Assembly (NCBI RefSeq): GCF_009914755.1 | Contig: NC_060933.1 | Source: the human T2T-CHM13v2.0 reference genome, Homo sapiens | Length of the DNA stretch: 64,000 bases | Direction: 5' to 3' (one strand) | Shown here: one piece after another, positions 14,621 to 39,650 of the stretch | Position numbering within the stretch: position 1 is the first letter of the stretch | Layout: each line of letters starts with the position of its first letter | The notes under the pieces: model-generated | Told to the model about the DNA's origin: nothing | The model's database searches: none | The model's input: only the letters and a program-made list of their open reading frames with translations | Translations under genes and position numbers: made by a program

Positions 14621-15536
14621 CATTCAGGTTTTATTTTTTTTTCTTTCTTATTTATAGGTATAAGCATACGTGTATATAGGTAGGTAGATAAATAGATTCT
14701 TAAAAATAACATTAGAATTCTACTCTGCATATTTTTTTTGAAATCTTGTTTGAGAACTTTAATCATAGTCTTTTCCCCATGAAAAGAAAACTTTGTCCTC
14801 ATTTTCAGTCTTTCTGTTTAGAATCATTCTTTAGAGGAATCGTTTGCCTATATTAACCACTGTATTGTCAATTGTGATACTTGTGAATTTAGACCAACCT
14901 GAACATAGTTCTGAAGGTTTTGTCTCCTGGATGGAGGGAAAAATCAGAATGCTCTTTTTCTGGAAATGAGTGAGCAAATGCTTTGAAATGTGTGCTAAGG
15001 TGCCTTGCTGAGTGAACTTTCAGTTTTCTTTCGGAACCAGTTAAAATTATTAAAATAGTATTCAAACCCAGTAGGCTAACTAAATGCTTGTTAAATTGCA
15101 TTGCAGTATGTCTGTAGTTACACCAGAATGAGTCCTAATAGGATTTTTTTTCTGCATGGATCTGAGAGAATTTCACCATATTGGGGGGTGGGAATGATCT
15201 CTATGAAGTAAGAACAGGCTTTGGTGGGGTTAATGCCTCCTTTTTACCTTCCTATTTGGAATACTATTTTATAAAATTACAGGAAAAAATGATCAGAAAA
15301 TAAAGTTAAGTGAGAGTGGTTGTTCCTTACTTATTAATATGTGTGGAAAATTTAATCTGAACTCAATCTAACCAATATTTGTTATGTCTTACCATGTGGA
15401 AGATACCGTCTAATACATTGTGAGCAATAGAAAGAAGGCATCATGGTGGCTGCCTGAAAATTGTTCATGCTTTAGTTCAGCAATGACCAAACCTGGCATC
15501 AGAAGCAACTGAGAAGCAGTTTTAAAATAGATTTCA

Positions 15537-15864
<328 letters not shown>

Positions 15865-16078
15865 TTAAATATTATATGTGTTTTATATATTATCAGTATA
15901 TATTATTATATTTTATGAAATATATATTTCATAAATATATATATTTCATACAACCATGGTTGAAAACCATTTAGGTCTAAGAGCGTTTGCCCTGAATATT
16001 TTTGAAATTTTTACTACAAATACATAAGTAACTGCTTAGACAACGTCTCCGGAATAAATTACAAAATTAGACATATAA

Positions 16079-16733
<655 letters not shown>

Positions 16734-16919
16734 CAGTTTTAATCTGGTGGTTAAATTGGGAATTAAGTCTTAAATGTTAGTGTTGCTTAGCCCACACCCC
16801 CTTCCCCTACGCCTTCCTTCATCTTTCCTCTCTTTGATTTCAGGCTACAGGAGAACAGAATGGGAGAAAAAGCTGGAGTGAGTCTGTCTACCTCCTTCCT
16901 TCTTTTTCAAACATAGCTC

Positions 16920-17110
16920 CCTGATGAGTGCTATTTGCTGAGTACCTAGGCATTGTACCAACAGAATCTTATTTCATCCACACAGCAACTCTCTGGGAGC
17001 TGCTATTATTGTCCTCATTTTCCTGATGAGAACACTGAGGCACAGCTTATAAGCAGGGATCCTGATTTCAACTTAGCTCTGTTTAATTCTCAAATGTTCA
17101 TTCTTTCCAC
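16920..17110 (-). mobile_element. MIR
   Basis: ctattattgtcctcattttcctgatgagaacactgaggcacag. Confidence 0.6.
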
Positions 17111-18018
17111 ACACGGGATGCACTCGGTAAATATCTGATCAGTTCTGACTTTTTCATTCCCACACCACAGAGCACAGGGTCACGTTAGACACAAAACCAC
17201 AGCCTCTTCAAGCCCCTCTGGCCTTGTGCCTAGGTTTAATGGAAGAGAAGGGAGGAGGATCTCCTAGTTTTAGGAGAGAAGGAAGGAAGAAGGGGAGGAA
17301 AACAGAAGAAAATAAAAGCCAAATAGAAATGAGGCCAAGGAAAGAGAAAGGTATTTGGGAGAATTTATGGGGAATGGAAAAGAAAAAATTAAATTCAAGT
17401 CCTGCAAAAAATCAGGAATGCCCTCCATACTTTAGCTGCATGATATGGGGGATATTTCCTAGTCTTTTCATGATAAGTTCCCCAAATGCTGAATTCTCTA
17501 CTCTAGAATTCTTACCACTTTTAAATGTAAAGTGTTCAGATAATGAGAATTTATCCATGGAAAGAAATGAGTAAGAAAGACTTATATGACTTATCTCCGT
17601 TAGCTTTTCTGACCCCTGATTCTTCCCTTCTGCTTTAACTCTTTTTTCTCTCTGTCCCTTACCTTCATGCTGTATTCAAATTGATAATCACTGTGTACCT
17701 ACTGCACCCAAGATGTTGTAGGGTTGGAATACAAAGAGGAAGTTTCTTATCTCATAGAGAAAATAAGATACACAAATAATTATGATACAAAGAATAATGG
17801 TACAATTGATTATCATCAGGCATCACTCCCTATCAAAGAGAGTAAAAATCTAAGAAGCTAATTTACAATGAGGTTCTGTTGACAAAGTGTGGCAGGTGGG
17901 AATGATATATTGGTGGTGATGGTGAGATAGAGGTTTTTATGCCTCCATTTTGAATATTAATTTTCATAAAACACATATTTCTGTATAATTTGTTATTGTG
18001 GGCATTCCTGAGTCCTGA

Positions 18019-18344
<326 letters not shown>

Positions 18345-18743
18345 TGATGTGATTTTATATTATTATTGGTTATTGCTCATATAGGGAAACTATTGATTTC
18401 TGCATTGTCTGTCTTGAATCTTGCCATGTCATTAAATTACTTTATCTGTGCAAACGGGTTTTTAATTTTTGTAAGATTTTTAAAAATTAGATTTTTGCAA
18501 ATAGTAACAGATTTACAGATTTTTCTTCCAGGGTATTTATCTTTACTTTTCTTGTCTTACATTGACTGTGTACAATGTTGAAAGATAGTGGTGAGAGAAT
18601 ACACATACTTCTTTTGTTTCTCTAACAGAAATGCTTCACCATTAAACGGATGGTTGTTTTAGTTTTCTGATTCTCTTTACCAAATTAAGAAAGTGTCATT
18701 TTCTTTAGAGCTTACTGAAGACACTAAAAAAAAATATGTATGG

Positions 18744-19171
<428 letters not shown>

Positions 19172-19544
19172 TTACGTTGTATTCTTCTTTTAATACTTTA
19201 TTGAATTCAATTTGCTAATATCTTATTAAGGATTTTTATGTCTATATTCATAGGTGAGATTTGTCTACAATTTCCTCTCCCCATTGCCCCATTACTGTTT
19301 TATCTAGCTCTGGAAAGAGAGCAATACTAGTTTTGTTAACTAGCATGCTCTTTCTCTTTTTCTGTGAGCTGGAACAATTTAAATGACTCTGGAATGATCT
19401 GTCCTTTGTAAGTTTGATAGAACAGTTTGAGACTGGTACCTTTTAGGGGTGGAAGATAGATAACATTTTCAATTTAATTTGTAGTTAGTGGCATATTCAG
19501 ATTTTCTAACTCTTCTTTAATCAATTTTGATAAATCACATTTTT

Positions 19545-20030
19545 GCTGTAGTAGACATCAGTAATTTTTGCCTGTGTAACAACATCATGTCCCTTAGGAA
19601 ACTGCCCCTACATTCACAGTGATCCCATGATGGCTGCCACCCAAGGTGATCTGTTGCCTACTTAATTATAGGGATGGAGAAGACAAGATCCGAGGAGGGA
19701 TAATCAGAATCTTTTCTTGGATTGATATATAGATATCAGAGGGGAAATGTTTTATTTTTCTATTTTGGTTCTTAAACTAGTAAGATGTGAGTTTGTGGCT
19801 ATAGATGGCTGTGTTTCCCGGACACATGTAGAAAACCTGTCTGAGCTGAGCCAAGAGATGTAGTGGGAAAGAGTGAGAGAATTCTTAAGACACTGATACA
19901 CTGGACCCAGCCAGGTATGGAGTGAGCACAGCCCTCTGGGCTTCTCAGGTTTTTGAGTCAATGTGTCATTTTTTTTTGCTTCATCTAATTTGAATTGAGT
20001 ACTTGTTATTTGCATCCAAATCAGTACTAA
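19545..20030 (+). mobile_element. Old MaLR-like LTR (MLT1J/L-type)
   Basis: Starts tgtagtagacatc; ends gagtcaat..tttttgct..tttgaattgagtacttgttatttgcatccaaa. Confidence 0.45.
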
Positions 20031-20117
20031 TAAATTTCTTAAATTTTCCAATTTATGTGTAGAAATAATATAGAAAACTCTTTTACAATTTAAAAAATAT
20101 CTTCTGTAATTGCAGTT

Positions 20118-20219
20118 AAATCTCCTCTCTTGTTCCTAATATAGTATTATTTGGGAAAACATTTAAACATAGTTTTATTTGGGAAAATAATACTATATTA
20201 GGAATAAGAGAGGATATTT
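20118..20219. repeat. Inverted repeat with 35-bp arms (33/35) and a 32-bp spacer
   Basis: aaatctcctctcttgttcctaatatagtattattt (20118-20152) versus aaataatactatattaggaataagagaggatattt (20185-20219). Confidence 0.9.
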
Positions 20220-20311
20220 CTCTCTTATTCTCTTTCTCTGTTGCTTGATCATAGTTAACCATCCTTTTTGGTTCTTTAAGAACATGGATTTGTTAATCAA
20301 GACTTCAGTGA

Positions 20312-20753
<442 letters not shown>

Positions 20754-20989
20754 TAGTTTATTTCAAAATTTATTATTTCCTAAAACGTACATTCAAGGCT
20801 GTAAGTTTTAATGTTCCTCTGCATTCTTTATCCATATTGCAGAACTTCTGAGGCATAATGCTCTTATGTTATTTATTTCTAAATTATTTGTAATTTCTCC
20901 TTGCATTTTCTCTTTGGCCCAAAAGTTATTTAGAAGGATATTTTAGGATGTCTAACTCTATAGATTTAAAACATTTAAACATTTTTTGA

Positions 20990-22084
<1,095 letters not shown>

Positions 22085-22195
22085 ATCCCAACACTTCAAA
22101 TGGCTTAATACAACAATAGATCTTTATTATTCATTATTATTATTATTTTTCTCTGTCTCTCTCTCTCTCTATATATATATAAATATATGTATATT

Positions 22196-28316
<6,121 letters not shown>

Positions 28317-28616
28317 TATTTATTATTTATTTAGAGATGGAATTTCACTCTTGTTGCCCAGGCTGGAGTGCAATGGCGTGATCTCGGCTCACTACAACCT
28401 CCGCCTCCTGGGTTCAAGTGATTCTCCTGCTTCAGCCACGAGTAGCTGGGATTACAGGTGCCTGCCACTATGCCTGGCTAATTTTTTTGTATTTTTAGTA
28501 GAGACAGGGTTTCACAATGTTGGCCAGGCTGGTCTCCAACTCCTCACCTCAAGTGATCTGCCGGCCTCAGCCTCCCAAAGTGGTGGGATTACAGGTTTAA
28601 TCCACCACACCTGGCT
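28317..28616 (-). mobile_element. AluS whose A-tail is interrupted by L1-B
   Basis: TSD aac(a/c)atagatctttatt at 22112-22128 and 28617-28633, about 6.5 kb apart. Confidence 0.9.
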
Positions 28617-29006
28617 AACCATAGATCTTTATTTAGCTCAGGAGTCTATGGGATTCAGCTGACCTGGACTGAATTCACCTGGGCTTGCTTATGCATCTGT
28701 GGTGAACTGCCAGGCAACCAGGTGGCTCTGCTGATCTTAGCAAGGTATGTTTACACTTCCAGGGATTGGCAGGCTGTTTGCTGATCTATGATGTCTCAGT
28801 TGGAGTGATTGGGATTACTGGGGTGGTTTAGGGTAGCCAGGGTGCAAGAGAAGGAGCAAGTCTGAACATGCAAGCATATTTTAAGTCTTTACTTATGTCA
28901 CATTTGCTAATGTAACATAGGTCAAGTTACGTGACTGATTTTGCAGTCATTGTGTGAGAGCATTACAAAGTTCAAAGTTGCAAGGCAAAGATGTGAATAA
29001 GAGAGA

Positions 29007-29500
29007 TGTATTAGTTAGGATTCATCAGAGAAACAGAATCAATAGGATATATGTAGATATGGAGATCTAAATCTTGATATAGACAGATATATAGGAAGAG
29101 ATTTATTCTGAGGGATTGGCTCACATGATTATGTAGGTTGAGAAGTCCCACAGTCTGCCATCTGCAAGCTGGAGACCAGGAAAGTCAGTGGTGTAATTCC
29201 AGCCCAAACCCGAAGGCCTAGGAACTAGGAATGCTAATGTCTCAGGGCAGGAGAAGATGGATGTCTCAGTTCAAGTAGTGAGCAAATTCACCTTTCCTCT
29301 GCCTTTTTGCTCTATTCAGGCCCTCAATGGATTGAATGATGCCCACTCACATTGGTGAGGGTGATATTTACTCAGTCTACTGATCCAAATGCTAATCTCT
29401 TTTGGAAACATCCTCATGGACACACCCAGGAAAAATGTTTTACCTGCTACCTGGGTATCACGTAGCCCAGTCAAGTTGACACATAAAATTAATCATCACA
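29007..29500 (-). mobile_element. MLT2 (ERVL) solo LTR
   Basis: tgtattagttaggattcatcagagaaacagaa ... cccagtcaagttgacacataaaattaatcatcaca. Confidence 0.85.
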
Positions 29501-31719
29501 GGACGGATGAATAACTAAGGTCATTTTTTAAACAATTGATCACAGTCTTCCCTTTTGGATAAAATTATTCACATATTTCTCATATGCAGAATATACTAAA
29601 GCCCATCCCAGACCCCCCAAAAGTGTCATCCAATCATGGAAACAGGTTTGAAATCCAGGTTCTTGTGAGCTACGTCAAGCCAAGATATGACTTCTCTTGA
29701 CACAGAGACTTGTAAACTAAAAAGATAAGCTATGTGGTTTCAGACACCCAATATACAGTGATAAAACAGAGACAAGATAAATGAGAACTTTATTGCATTG
29801 GGAATTCCAGTCGGGAACTCCAATTCCCAAAGTGGAAGAATGAGGGGCACATAGCAATCATAGGTTCACAGTAGTTCTGAAATCCTACTGGGCAAATTGC
29901 TGGGTCTCTCTCCTCTAAGGGAGTGAAATGTTTTTAAATTAGGGCCCAGCTCTGCTACTTGGGAAAGGCTTGCCAGCCTATTCATCACAGCTGTTGGTTC
30001 TGCCCTCTGATAGCCCTCCATACTTTCCATTGCCCTACTTGACCTCTTCTGAAGAGGGCATTAAAAGGTATGCCCTTTGAACAACTTTCTCTGTTTGCTT
30101 CTTGTCCAGAGAAAGGTGAGGTCCTTGAGGACTTCATATGTTTTGAACAATCTCTGTCCCTTCGAGTTTTGGCTGGTGGCTACTTTTGCTTTCTGTCTTC
30201 TAAGTTACCCCAGGCTGTCCTGTTGCTAAATATTTCGCTACTACAGAATGCTGTCACAATTTCTCAGGCCACTTCTAAAAATTCCCTCACCATTTTTTTA
30301 GCCTCCATCTACTGCTTCATCTCAAAGTTAAATGTCACAAGTTTTAGGTTGTGTTACACCAGTACCACACTTTTTAGTATCAATTATCTATTGACACAAT
30401 CACGTTTCAAAACAGAATGACACAAATCTCAGTAGCATGCAAAACAAACATTTGTTTAATTCAAGAGTCTATGTAGCTTTGCTAATTCAGGTTGAGCTTA
30501 GGTGATCTTGGCTGGGCTTGCCAAGCCAAGTGGACACAGAGTCCACTGGCCATTGGCTCATCTAGAATGGCCCTGGCTGGGATTATCTTATTTTTTTCTA
30601 CTGTTCTGTCCTTTGCAAAATTTCTCTACTATCTATATATTATTTTAAAATGGGAAAATATGTGATGAGTATATTTTCGGGAAAAAAATTACACTGTCTT
30701 AGGTGGCCATTCTTCTCCTTGTGAGCCAGGCACTGCTCTAATTTTGCCAGAAGACTGAAGAGATGTCAGAAAAGAACTGTTTGAACCATCAGGCCAAGCT
30801 GCCTCTGAAAGGACTTTGGAATATGTTGTTGTTGGAAGAAAGAAAACAGAGGGAAAATCAAGCCTGGTGGTACATGAGAAGAGGCATGTAATGAAAGCTG
30901 ATGTTAGACCTATTTTTAGAAGAGTTCATGGCTCTCAAGAAAACGGAGTCAATGGTGACATTTTACTGAGAATGATAACAAAACCAGCATGACAGGAACC
31001 TGGAGAGAAGACTACTGGAACTTTTAGGCCCTCCAGAAAACCGTATGGCAGACCCAGAGCATAATACATTGTAGCAGTTGTAATTGTGATGCAATGTGGC
31101 AGTTACAATGTGATATCTTGGGCTCCCTCACAGGGTCCCAAGTGGAGTGGGGTTGTTTACAGCTTTGTCACACACTCCCTTTTAGAGGCAGTTGGGTTAG
31201 GCCAGGCAAAAGGAGAAAGAAGTCTAGGTCCCTCTAGGAAACTAGATGCAACCTCAGCTCTCCACCTAACTGGAATCCCTTTTAGTTCCTAGAACCAATT
31301 TCCAGTTCACTGGGCCTGTTACATCTTTGACATCTTTGACTACTTGGCCTGACAACTCCCCTGCTCTACTATTTCTTCTCTCCTCAAATCCCTTCTTCAG
31401 CCCTCAGTCTTGTCTTCCTCCTGCAGGCCCCTCATCCCACACTCAGGGGTCATGGGACCGAGCCGTGGGCTTTTGCCTTTATCTTACTACCACCTGCTGG
31501 GGCTCAGAACTTAGAAGCATCAATCCATTTTTAGAAGTGCCCTCTGCTGGTTGTTGACAACTCAACCTAAAAATTAAAGCCTAGACAGAGTTTCAGTTTG
31601 TTTAATAGAAAAGTGGGGTGGAGGCACTAGCAGATAGGATAAAACACAGAAGAATATGTTGCTATTATAAAAGCTTTTAAATTCCGCTGAATTGTGTTTG
31701 GTGTACTGTGGCATGCAGT

Positions 31720-31930
31720 AAAGCAGTGGTTCTCCATCAGGGGAGATTTTTCCATTCCAGAGAACATTTGACAGTATCTAGAGACATTTTTGGTTGTTAC
31801 AGCTGGTAACTGAGAGGCAGGGATGGTGCCACTGGCATCTGGTGGGTAGAGGCAAAGGATGCGGCCCAACGTCCTACAATGCATAAGGGATCCCCCCACC
31901 CCCAATAAAGAATCATCTGACTCCATTAGA
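31720..31930. mobile_element. MER20 hAT DNA transposon
   Basis: cagtggttctc..gagacatttttggttgttacagctgg..actggcatctggtgggtagaggc. Confidence 0.8.
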
Positions 31931-31991
31931 GTGGTCCTGACTTAAATAGGCCAGAGAAAGCTGAAATTAGACTAATGTAATTTTGGGGTTT

Positions 31992-32136
31992 GGCCGGGCA
32001 CCGTGGCTGCTCGGGAGGCTGAGGCAGGAGGATCACTTAAGGCCAGGAGTTTGAGGCTGCAGTGAGCATTTGTCATGCCACTGCATTCCAGCCTTGGTGA
32101 CAGAGTGAGACCTTGTCTCAGGAGAAAAAAAAAAAA
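31992..32136 (+). mobile_element. Alu monomer (FLAM/FRAM-like, internally deleted)
   Basis: ggccgggcaccgtggct..gaggctgaggcaggagg..poly(A). Confidence 0.8.
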
Positions 32137-32629
32137 GTTTTGAGGTTCGAAGCAATTAGAGATTAGTTGAGGGCTTTTCAGCTTTGGTTGCCCATGAGAT
32201 GACCTGGGAAGCTTTAAAATACTGATGCTTGGGTCCGATCTCTAGAGAGTTTGATTTAATTTAATTTCTGGCTTGAGGTGTGGCCTGGGCATCAGGATTT
32301 TTAAATCTGCCCAGGTGAATTCAAGATACAGCCAAAGCCGGGAAAAATTGATGTAGTTCAACCCTCATTTTTTGGATGAGGAATGAGGTTCTGGAGGATA
32401 TGGTCTCACAGCTGCAGAGTGGCAGAGCTGGAACTAGTATATGGTCTCTTGGAGAAAAGAAGATACGTGGCCCTTGCTTGACTGTACACCACACTTCCAA
32501 AGCAAAAACTGTGACGATATCTTCTTATGACTTTTTGATAAAAACTCTAAAGCTTTTTTTATATTCTATTGTTTCTTTAAATAATATTTTCAATAATTTT
32601 TTTTTCTAAAAAATGACACCTGCCAAAAA

Positions 32630-33390
32630 TTCAAGCTTAGGGAAATGCAAATTAAAACCACAAGATATTACTACACACTTGTTAGTATAACTAAATAAAA
32701 ATAATAACTGGGAATATTAAGCGATGATGAGGATGCAGAGCAAGTGGAAATCTCATACATTGCTAATGGGAATGCAAAATAGTACAGCCCCTTTGGAAGA
32801 CAATCTGGTAGTGTCTTATAAAATTAACCATACCCTTACCACGTGAACCAGCAGTCTCACTCCTGAGTATTTTTTCAAGAGAAATAAAAACATATTCACA
32901 TGAAAACCTGTACACAAATGTTTATAGTGTCTTAATTTGTAATCACAAAAATGAGAACAACTCAAATGTCCTTGAACTAGTGAATGGATTAACAAACTAT
33001 GGAATCTCCAAACAAGGGAACACTAGTCCACAATAAAAGTGAACAAACTATGATCTGTAATAAATGTGGCACAAATGAATCGCAAATGGATTATGCTGAG
33101 GGACAGAAGCCAGACTCGAAAGGCTACATACTGTATTATTCCATTTATATGAAATTCTGGAAAATTTCAAAGGCAAATGGAAAAGGTGAAATGATAGAGA
33201 AATGGATGAGTGGTTTCAGGAGTTGGTAGTGGGTAGAGTGGTTGAGTACAAAGAAGTAACATGAGGGAAGTCTGTGGGGTGATGAAACTATTCTTCTCTT
33301 GATTTTGGTGGTAGTTACATGGCTATGCATTTGTCTAAACTCAAAGAACTGTATAATAAAAAGGGTGAATTTTACAGTGTAAATTTTACA
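32630..33390 (+). mobile_element. L1MB/MC 3' region
   Basis: gggaaatgcaaattaaaaccaca..ctcatacattgctaatgggaatgcaaaatagtacagcc..tactgtattattccatttatatgaaattc. Confidence 0.75.
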
Positions 33391-34974
33391 AGTGACTAAA
33401 ATAATACACAAAGACTCAAGAAACATTAAAAAAAAACAAGCAACAAACCACCCAAAGTTCCATATCTCAAAATAAGAAGTGTGATATTTGGTTAACATAC
33501 TTCTAGGTGTCCCTTTATGCATACAAATGAGTTTATTTTGGTTCAACTTTGGTTGGCTAGATTACATAGTTGGATAGTTTTTCCAAGAAGGGTTTTCGTC
33601 GGTACTGTAAGACCTGAGTTCTCTAAAATTTCAAGGTCTAGTGTCTGCCTGTTGCCTTTAAATAACAATTTTGCAGTCTGTAGTATTTCTGGGATACAGT
33701 TTTGTTTTTTTTTTTTCAGAACATTGTAAGTAGTGCTCTCTTATGTTGTAGCATTAAATGTTGCTAAGGAGTTTTTAAAGTCTAACTTGATTATTCCTCT
33801 TTGTAAGTGTCTTGCTTTTTTTGTCTGTATGACTGAAATAGTCTTTATTTACACTGGAAGCTTAATAACTTAATTAAAATATGAGTGAAATGTTTGTTTT
33901 TATGTCAAATTTTCATTCAACAAATGCACCATGAGTACTTTTAATCAGTTCCTTCATCATTTCAGGGAAAATTTCTTTTATTATATTTCTCAGTATTTAT
34001 TTATATTCCATCAGCTTTTCCAAGAGTACCAATCATTTTCATGTAGGACTGTCTTCTTTTTTCTGGTATCTTTCCTAACTGTCTGAACTTCTTTATTTTC
34101 TCCCTCTGCATTAACTCTCATTATCGCCTGCATTTTCCTTCATTCCAGGAATTCAAATTGTCATTGTTTTACCTTCACTGGGACTAGATTGTCTATCCCC
34201 ATTCTATTCCTTTTAAGAGCAAAGCACTGTTATCAATCCACTTTTCTGCAAACCAACAGTACAGATATGAGTGTAGGGGAGGAGAGCTAGGCTGGGCTGA
34301 GTGAAGTCTTTATTTAGTTTCTGCTGTGTCTGCCGAGTTTTGCTGAACCTCAGAAGAGTAAGATCTAGGAGCTCATGCCTGGCAGCCAATGGTTGGTATA
34401 TCCCACTTCCAAGAGTTCTTAACTCATTCCTTCAACTCAGCACAATGCCCTGGAAACCAAGGGAAGCCACGGGAAACCCTTCCCGTCTCTGCAAATCCTG
34501 ACTTCAACTTTTCTCAGGCTGCTTACTCATCTCTCCCTTCATTTACAAATTAATGAGAATCATTTTCAACTTTCTTTTCTTCAGTGTCATGCTTCTGGTT
34601 GTTCCCTGTTAGCAACCAAGTTTTGTAGTTTATGGCATAAGATTGGTTACATATTTGGTAAATTTTTACATTTTATTCTTTTTTGTTGTTTGTTTGTTTC
34701 AATAATATTAAGAGTTGAGACTCTGCAATTCTGCTTTGCTCTTTACCGGGAAGTACATTTGCACCACCACTTAATATCTGAGGTCAGTTTTCTCATCTAT
34801 AAAAATAGGAGTGAAGCCTCTCATGAAGTGGTAAAAGAGTAAATGAGACTTTCTGAAGAAATCTCGCTAAATTATTTTTGGCTTAGGAATCTAAGAGTGA
34901 CTTCCGCTAGGGAATTCTGTCGTTTACATATCTGATTTCAAGCGTTCGGAGATCTGTTGCTAATTAGCAGTATA

Positions 34975-35440
34975 TTCCAGTTGTTGACAAATGTTTTCTG
35001 TAATGGGTCACATAGTAAATGGTTTGAACTTTGCCAGTCATGCAATTTCTGTTGCAACTAGTTTATTTACTCTGCTGTTGTAGTAGGAAAGCATTTATAG
35101 ACAACATATAAATGAATGGGTGTGGCTGTGTTCCAGTACAATTTTATTTACAGACATTGAAGTTTGAATTTCATATAATTTTCACATGTCACAAAATAGT
35201 CTTCTTTTGATTTTTTTTTCAGCCACTTAAATATAAAAGAAGCCAGGTATGGTGGTGTGTGCCTGTAATTCCAGCTACTTAGGAGGCTGAGATGGGAGAA
35301 TTGCTTGGGGCCTGGAGTTCAAGGACAGCCTGGACAACATTTAAAAAAAAGCGAAAGAAAATATTCTTACCTCATGGACCACAAAAAAACAGGTGCTGGG
35401 CCAGATGTGGCCTACAGGATATCGTCTACTGACCACTGGT
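34975..35440. mobile_element. MER58-type hAT element with an internal Alu monomer (~35241-35350)
   Basis: tgacaaatgttttctgtaatggg..aatgaatgggtgtggctgtgttccagta..gccagatgtggcc..tgaccactg. Confidence 0.75.
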
Positions 35441-35679
35441 ATATACTGTTAGCACTCCGGACCCTTGCTGGCATGAATAATCAGAACCTTTATAGCTTCT
35501 ATTAAAAACCCCTTAGAGAGAAGTGAATTTAGGAAATATAATTGAAAGGACATACTATTTATATGCCCCTCTGTTAATTTTATACTCTATCTTTGGATCA
35601 AGTTAAACCACTGGATGACTATGAACTTGGACCAACTCAACTCAACTCTGAACAGTGTCCCTCACTGAATTAAATTAAA

Positions 35680-35994
35680 TTTTTATTTATTTATTTATTT
35701 ATTTTTGGAGATAAGAGTCTTGCTCTGTCACCCAAGCTAGAGTGCAGTGCTGTGATCATACCTCACTGCAACCTCGAATTCCTGGGCTCAACCAATCTTC
35801 CCACTTCAGCCTCCCAAGCAGCTAGGACTACAAGCATGTACCACTGTGCCCGGCTATTTTGTTGTTGTTGTTGTTGTTGGAGATGGAATCTTGCTGTGTT
35901 GTGCAGGCTGGTCTCAAACTCCTGGCCTCAAGCAACCCTTCTATCTTGGCTTCCCAAACACTGGGATTACAGGCATGAGCCATTGTGCCTGGCC
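35680..35994 (-). mobile_element. AluJ
   Basis: AluJ diagnostics; (ttg)n linker. Confidence 0.9.
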
Positions 35995-36319
35995 TAACTT
36001 TTAATATTATGTTTTGTAGTTTTATCAATGGTCTATCTCAAGATAAAACAATTTAATTCAAGTTTTTTACTTGCAAAAATAACTTTTGTTGTTTTCATGT
36101 TCCAATAAATCACTTACTTTGCCTGGATGGGGTGATCTACAAGGACTTTCTCTCAGAATTCAGTATAGTAATCCTTCAGTATACACTGGGAAACCCTGTG
36201 AGGATACCAAAATCCAAGGATGCTCAAATTCCTTAGCTGGCCCTCCATATCTGCATATCTTCTGTCTAAGAAAACCTCTGCCTCCTTTCAGACACTTTCA
36301 TAGTTCTTTCTTGCAGTTA

Positions 36320-36563
<244 letters not shown>

Positions 36564-37894
36564 AACTACACACAATTATAATCAAACTTCCCTCTTTACA
36601 TTGGCTTCTGCAAAGAAGAATAGATTTTATTCTCAATCACAGCAACAGTATTCACCCAGGGCTACTGCATAGTACAACCATAGGGGACTTCAAGTCAGGC
36701 CACTATCGCAGACAGTTAGATGAGAAAGATTAATCTCTGGAAAAATGAAGTTCTTATTTCTAAGTCTGAGTCCAAACTTACTTTGAAGATTCCCCCCCAC
36801 CACCACTCCATTCCTCAACCCAGGTATCTTGAAGAGCCACTGTTCCTTGGAAGAGGGGTGTATATTTTATGCCTCTTGAAATGGATGATAATTGTCTCCT
36901 AGGGGAAGAAGAAAAAGGGCACTTGCCATTTGAAAAGTGATTATCTGAAGAGTCTCTCTGGAAGTTCAGCTTGAAAGGACTCACTTTCTCTGTTTGTTTA
37001 ACTGTATGTTCACTAGGTATTAAGGGAAGTGCTAGGAAAAACTTATAGAGGAAACACTTGTCAGAAACCAACAGGCCATTACTCTACTTCCCTTATGCCA
37101 AATCTAAGTCAGAGTGCACCTGTGACTTGCCCTGGACACTGAGAGGTCACATCCACACGGGACTAGTCCTTACTATTCCACAGATACATGACGAAGCCTG
37201 TGCAAGATCTGATAGTCTACACAGAGATGCTTTATAAATTTCCCAGGAAAGGGTAACTCATTGAGTCATCAAATATTTGCACAATCTGAATCTTCCAGAG
37301 GTCAAGGAATAATTGTAAATGGTATTTGGACTGATGGCTCTGTAGTTCAGAAGGTGCTTGATTGTGCATGTGTGTGTGTATAGATTTGAGAGGAGCATAG
37401 CTCTCTATCCTCATCTACTTTCAATTTATGCTTGTACTTCTCAACTTTATTACTGTTTGATATTGGGGGAAAGAATGGTTTTGACATCAGTGGCAAAGTT
37501 GTCAAGATCTTGGATGATTTATTCCTGAATTATCTGGCACAAAGTCTCACTGAAAGGTTCATAGTTATATTTTATGTACTGAAATCAAGACATGGAAATA
37601 ACTTTAGCTTACAAAATGGATATTTCTGGATCTATACTTGGACCTATAGAAATATGTGAAATCAGACAAAAGCAGAAGTGATGGTAAGATTATATTCAGT
37701 AATTCAACTAGCCGATGATAATATCTGGGACTTTGGGAGAAGGCCGTGATGAATGTTTTATGAAGCTGAAGAAATGTGGGTAATAAAAATGTAGTTGGCT
37801 ATGAAGACCTTCCTAATAAAAAAAGGTTGTTAAGTCTTAGAATCACTTCTTAAGTGCTGACGGAATTTTCTGTTTTAAGACAATAGATAGCTGG

Positions 37895-38545
<651 letters not shown>

Positions 38546-38553
38546 TGCCTTAG

Positions 38554-39650
<1,097 letters not shown>

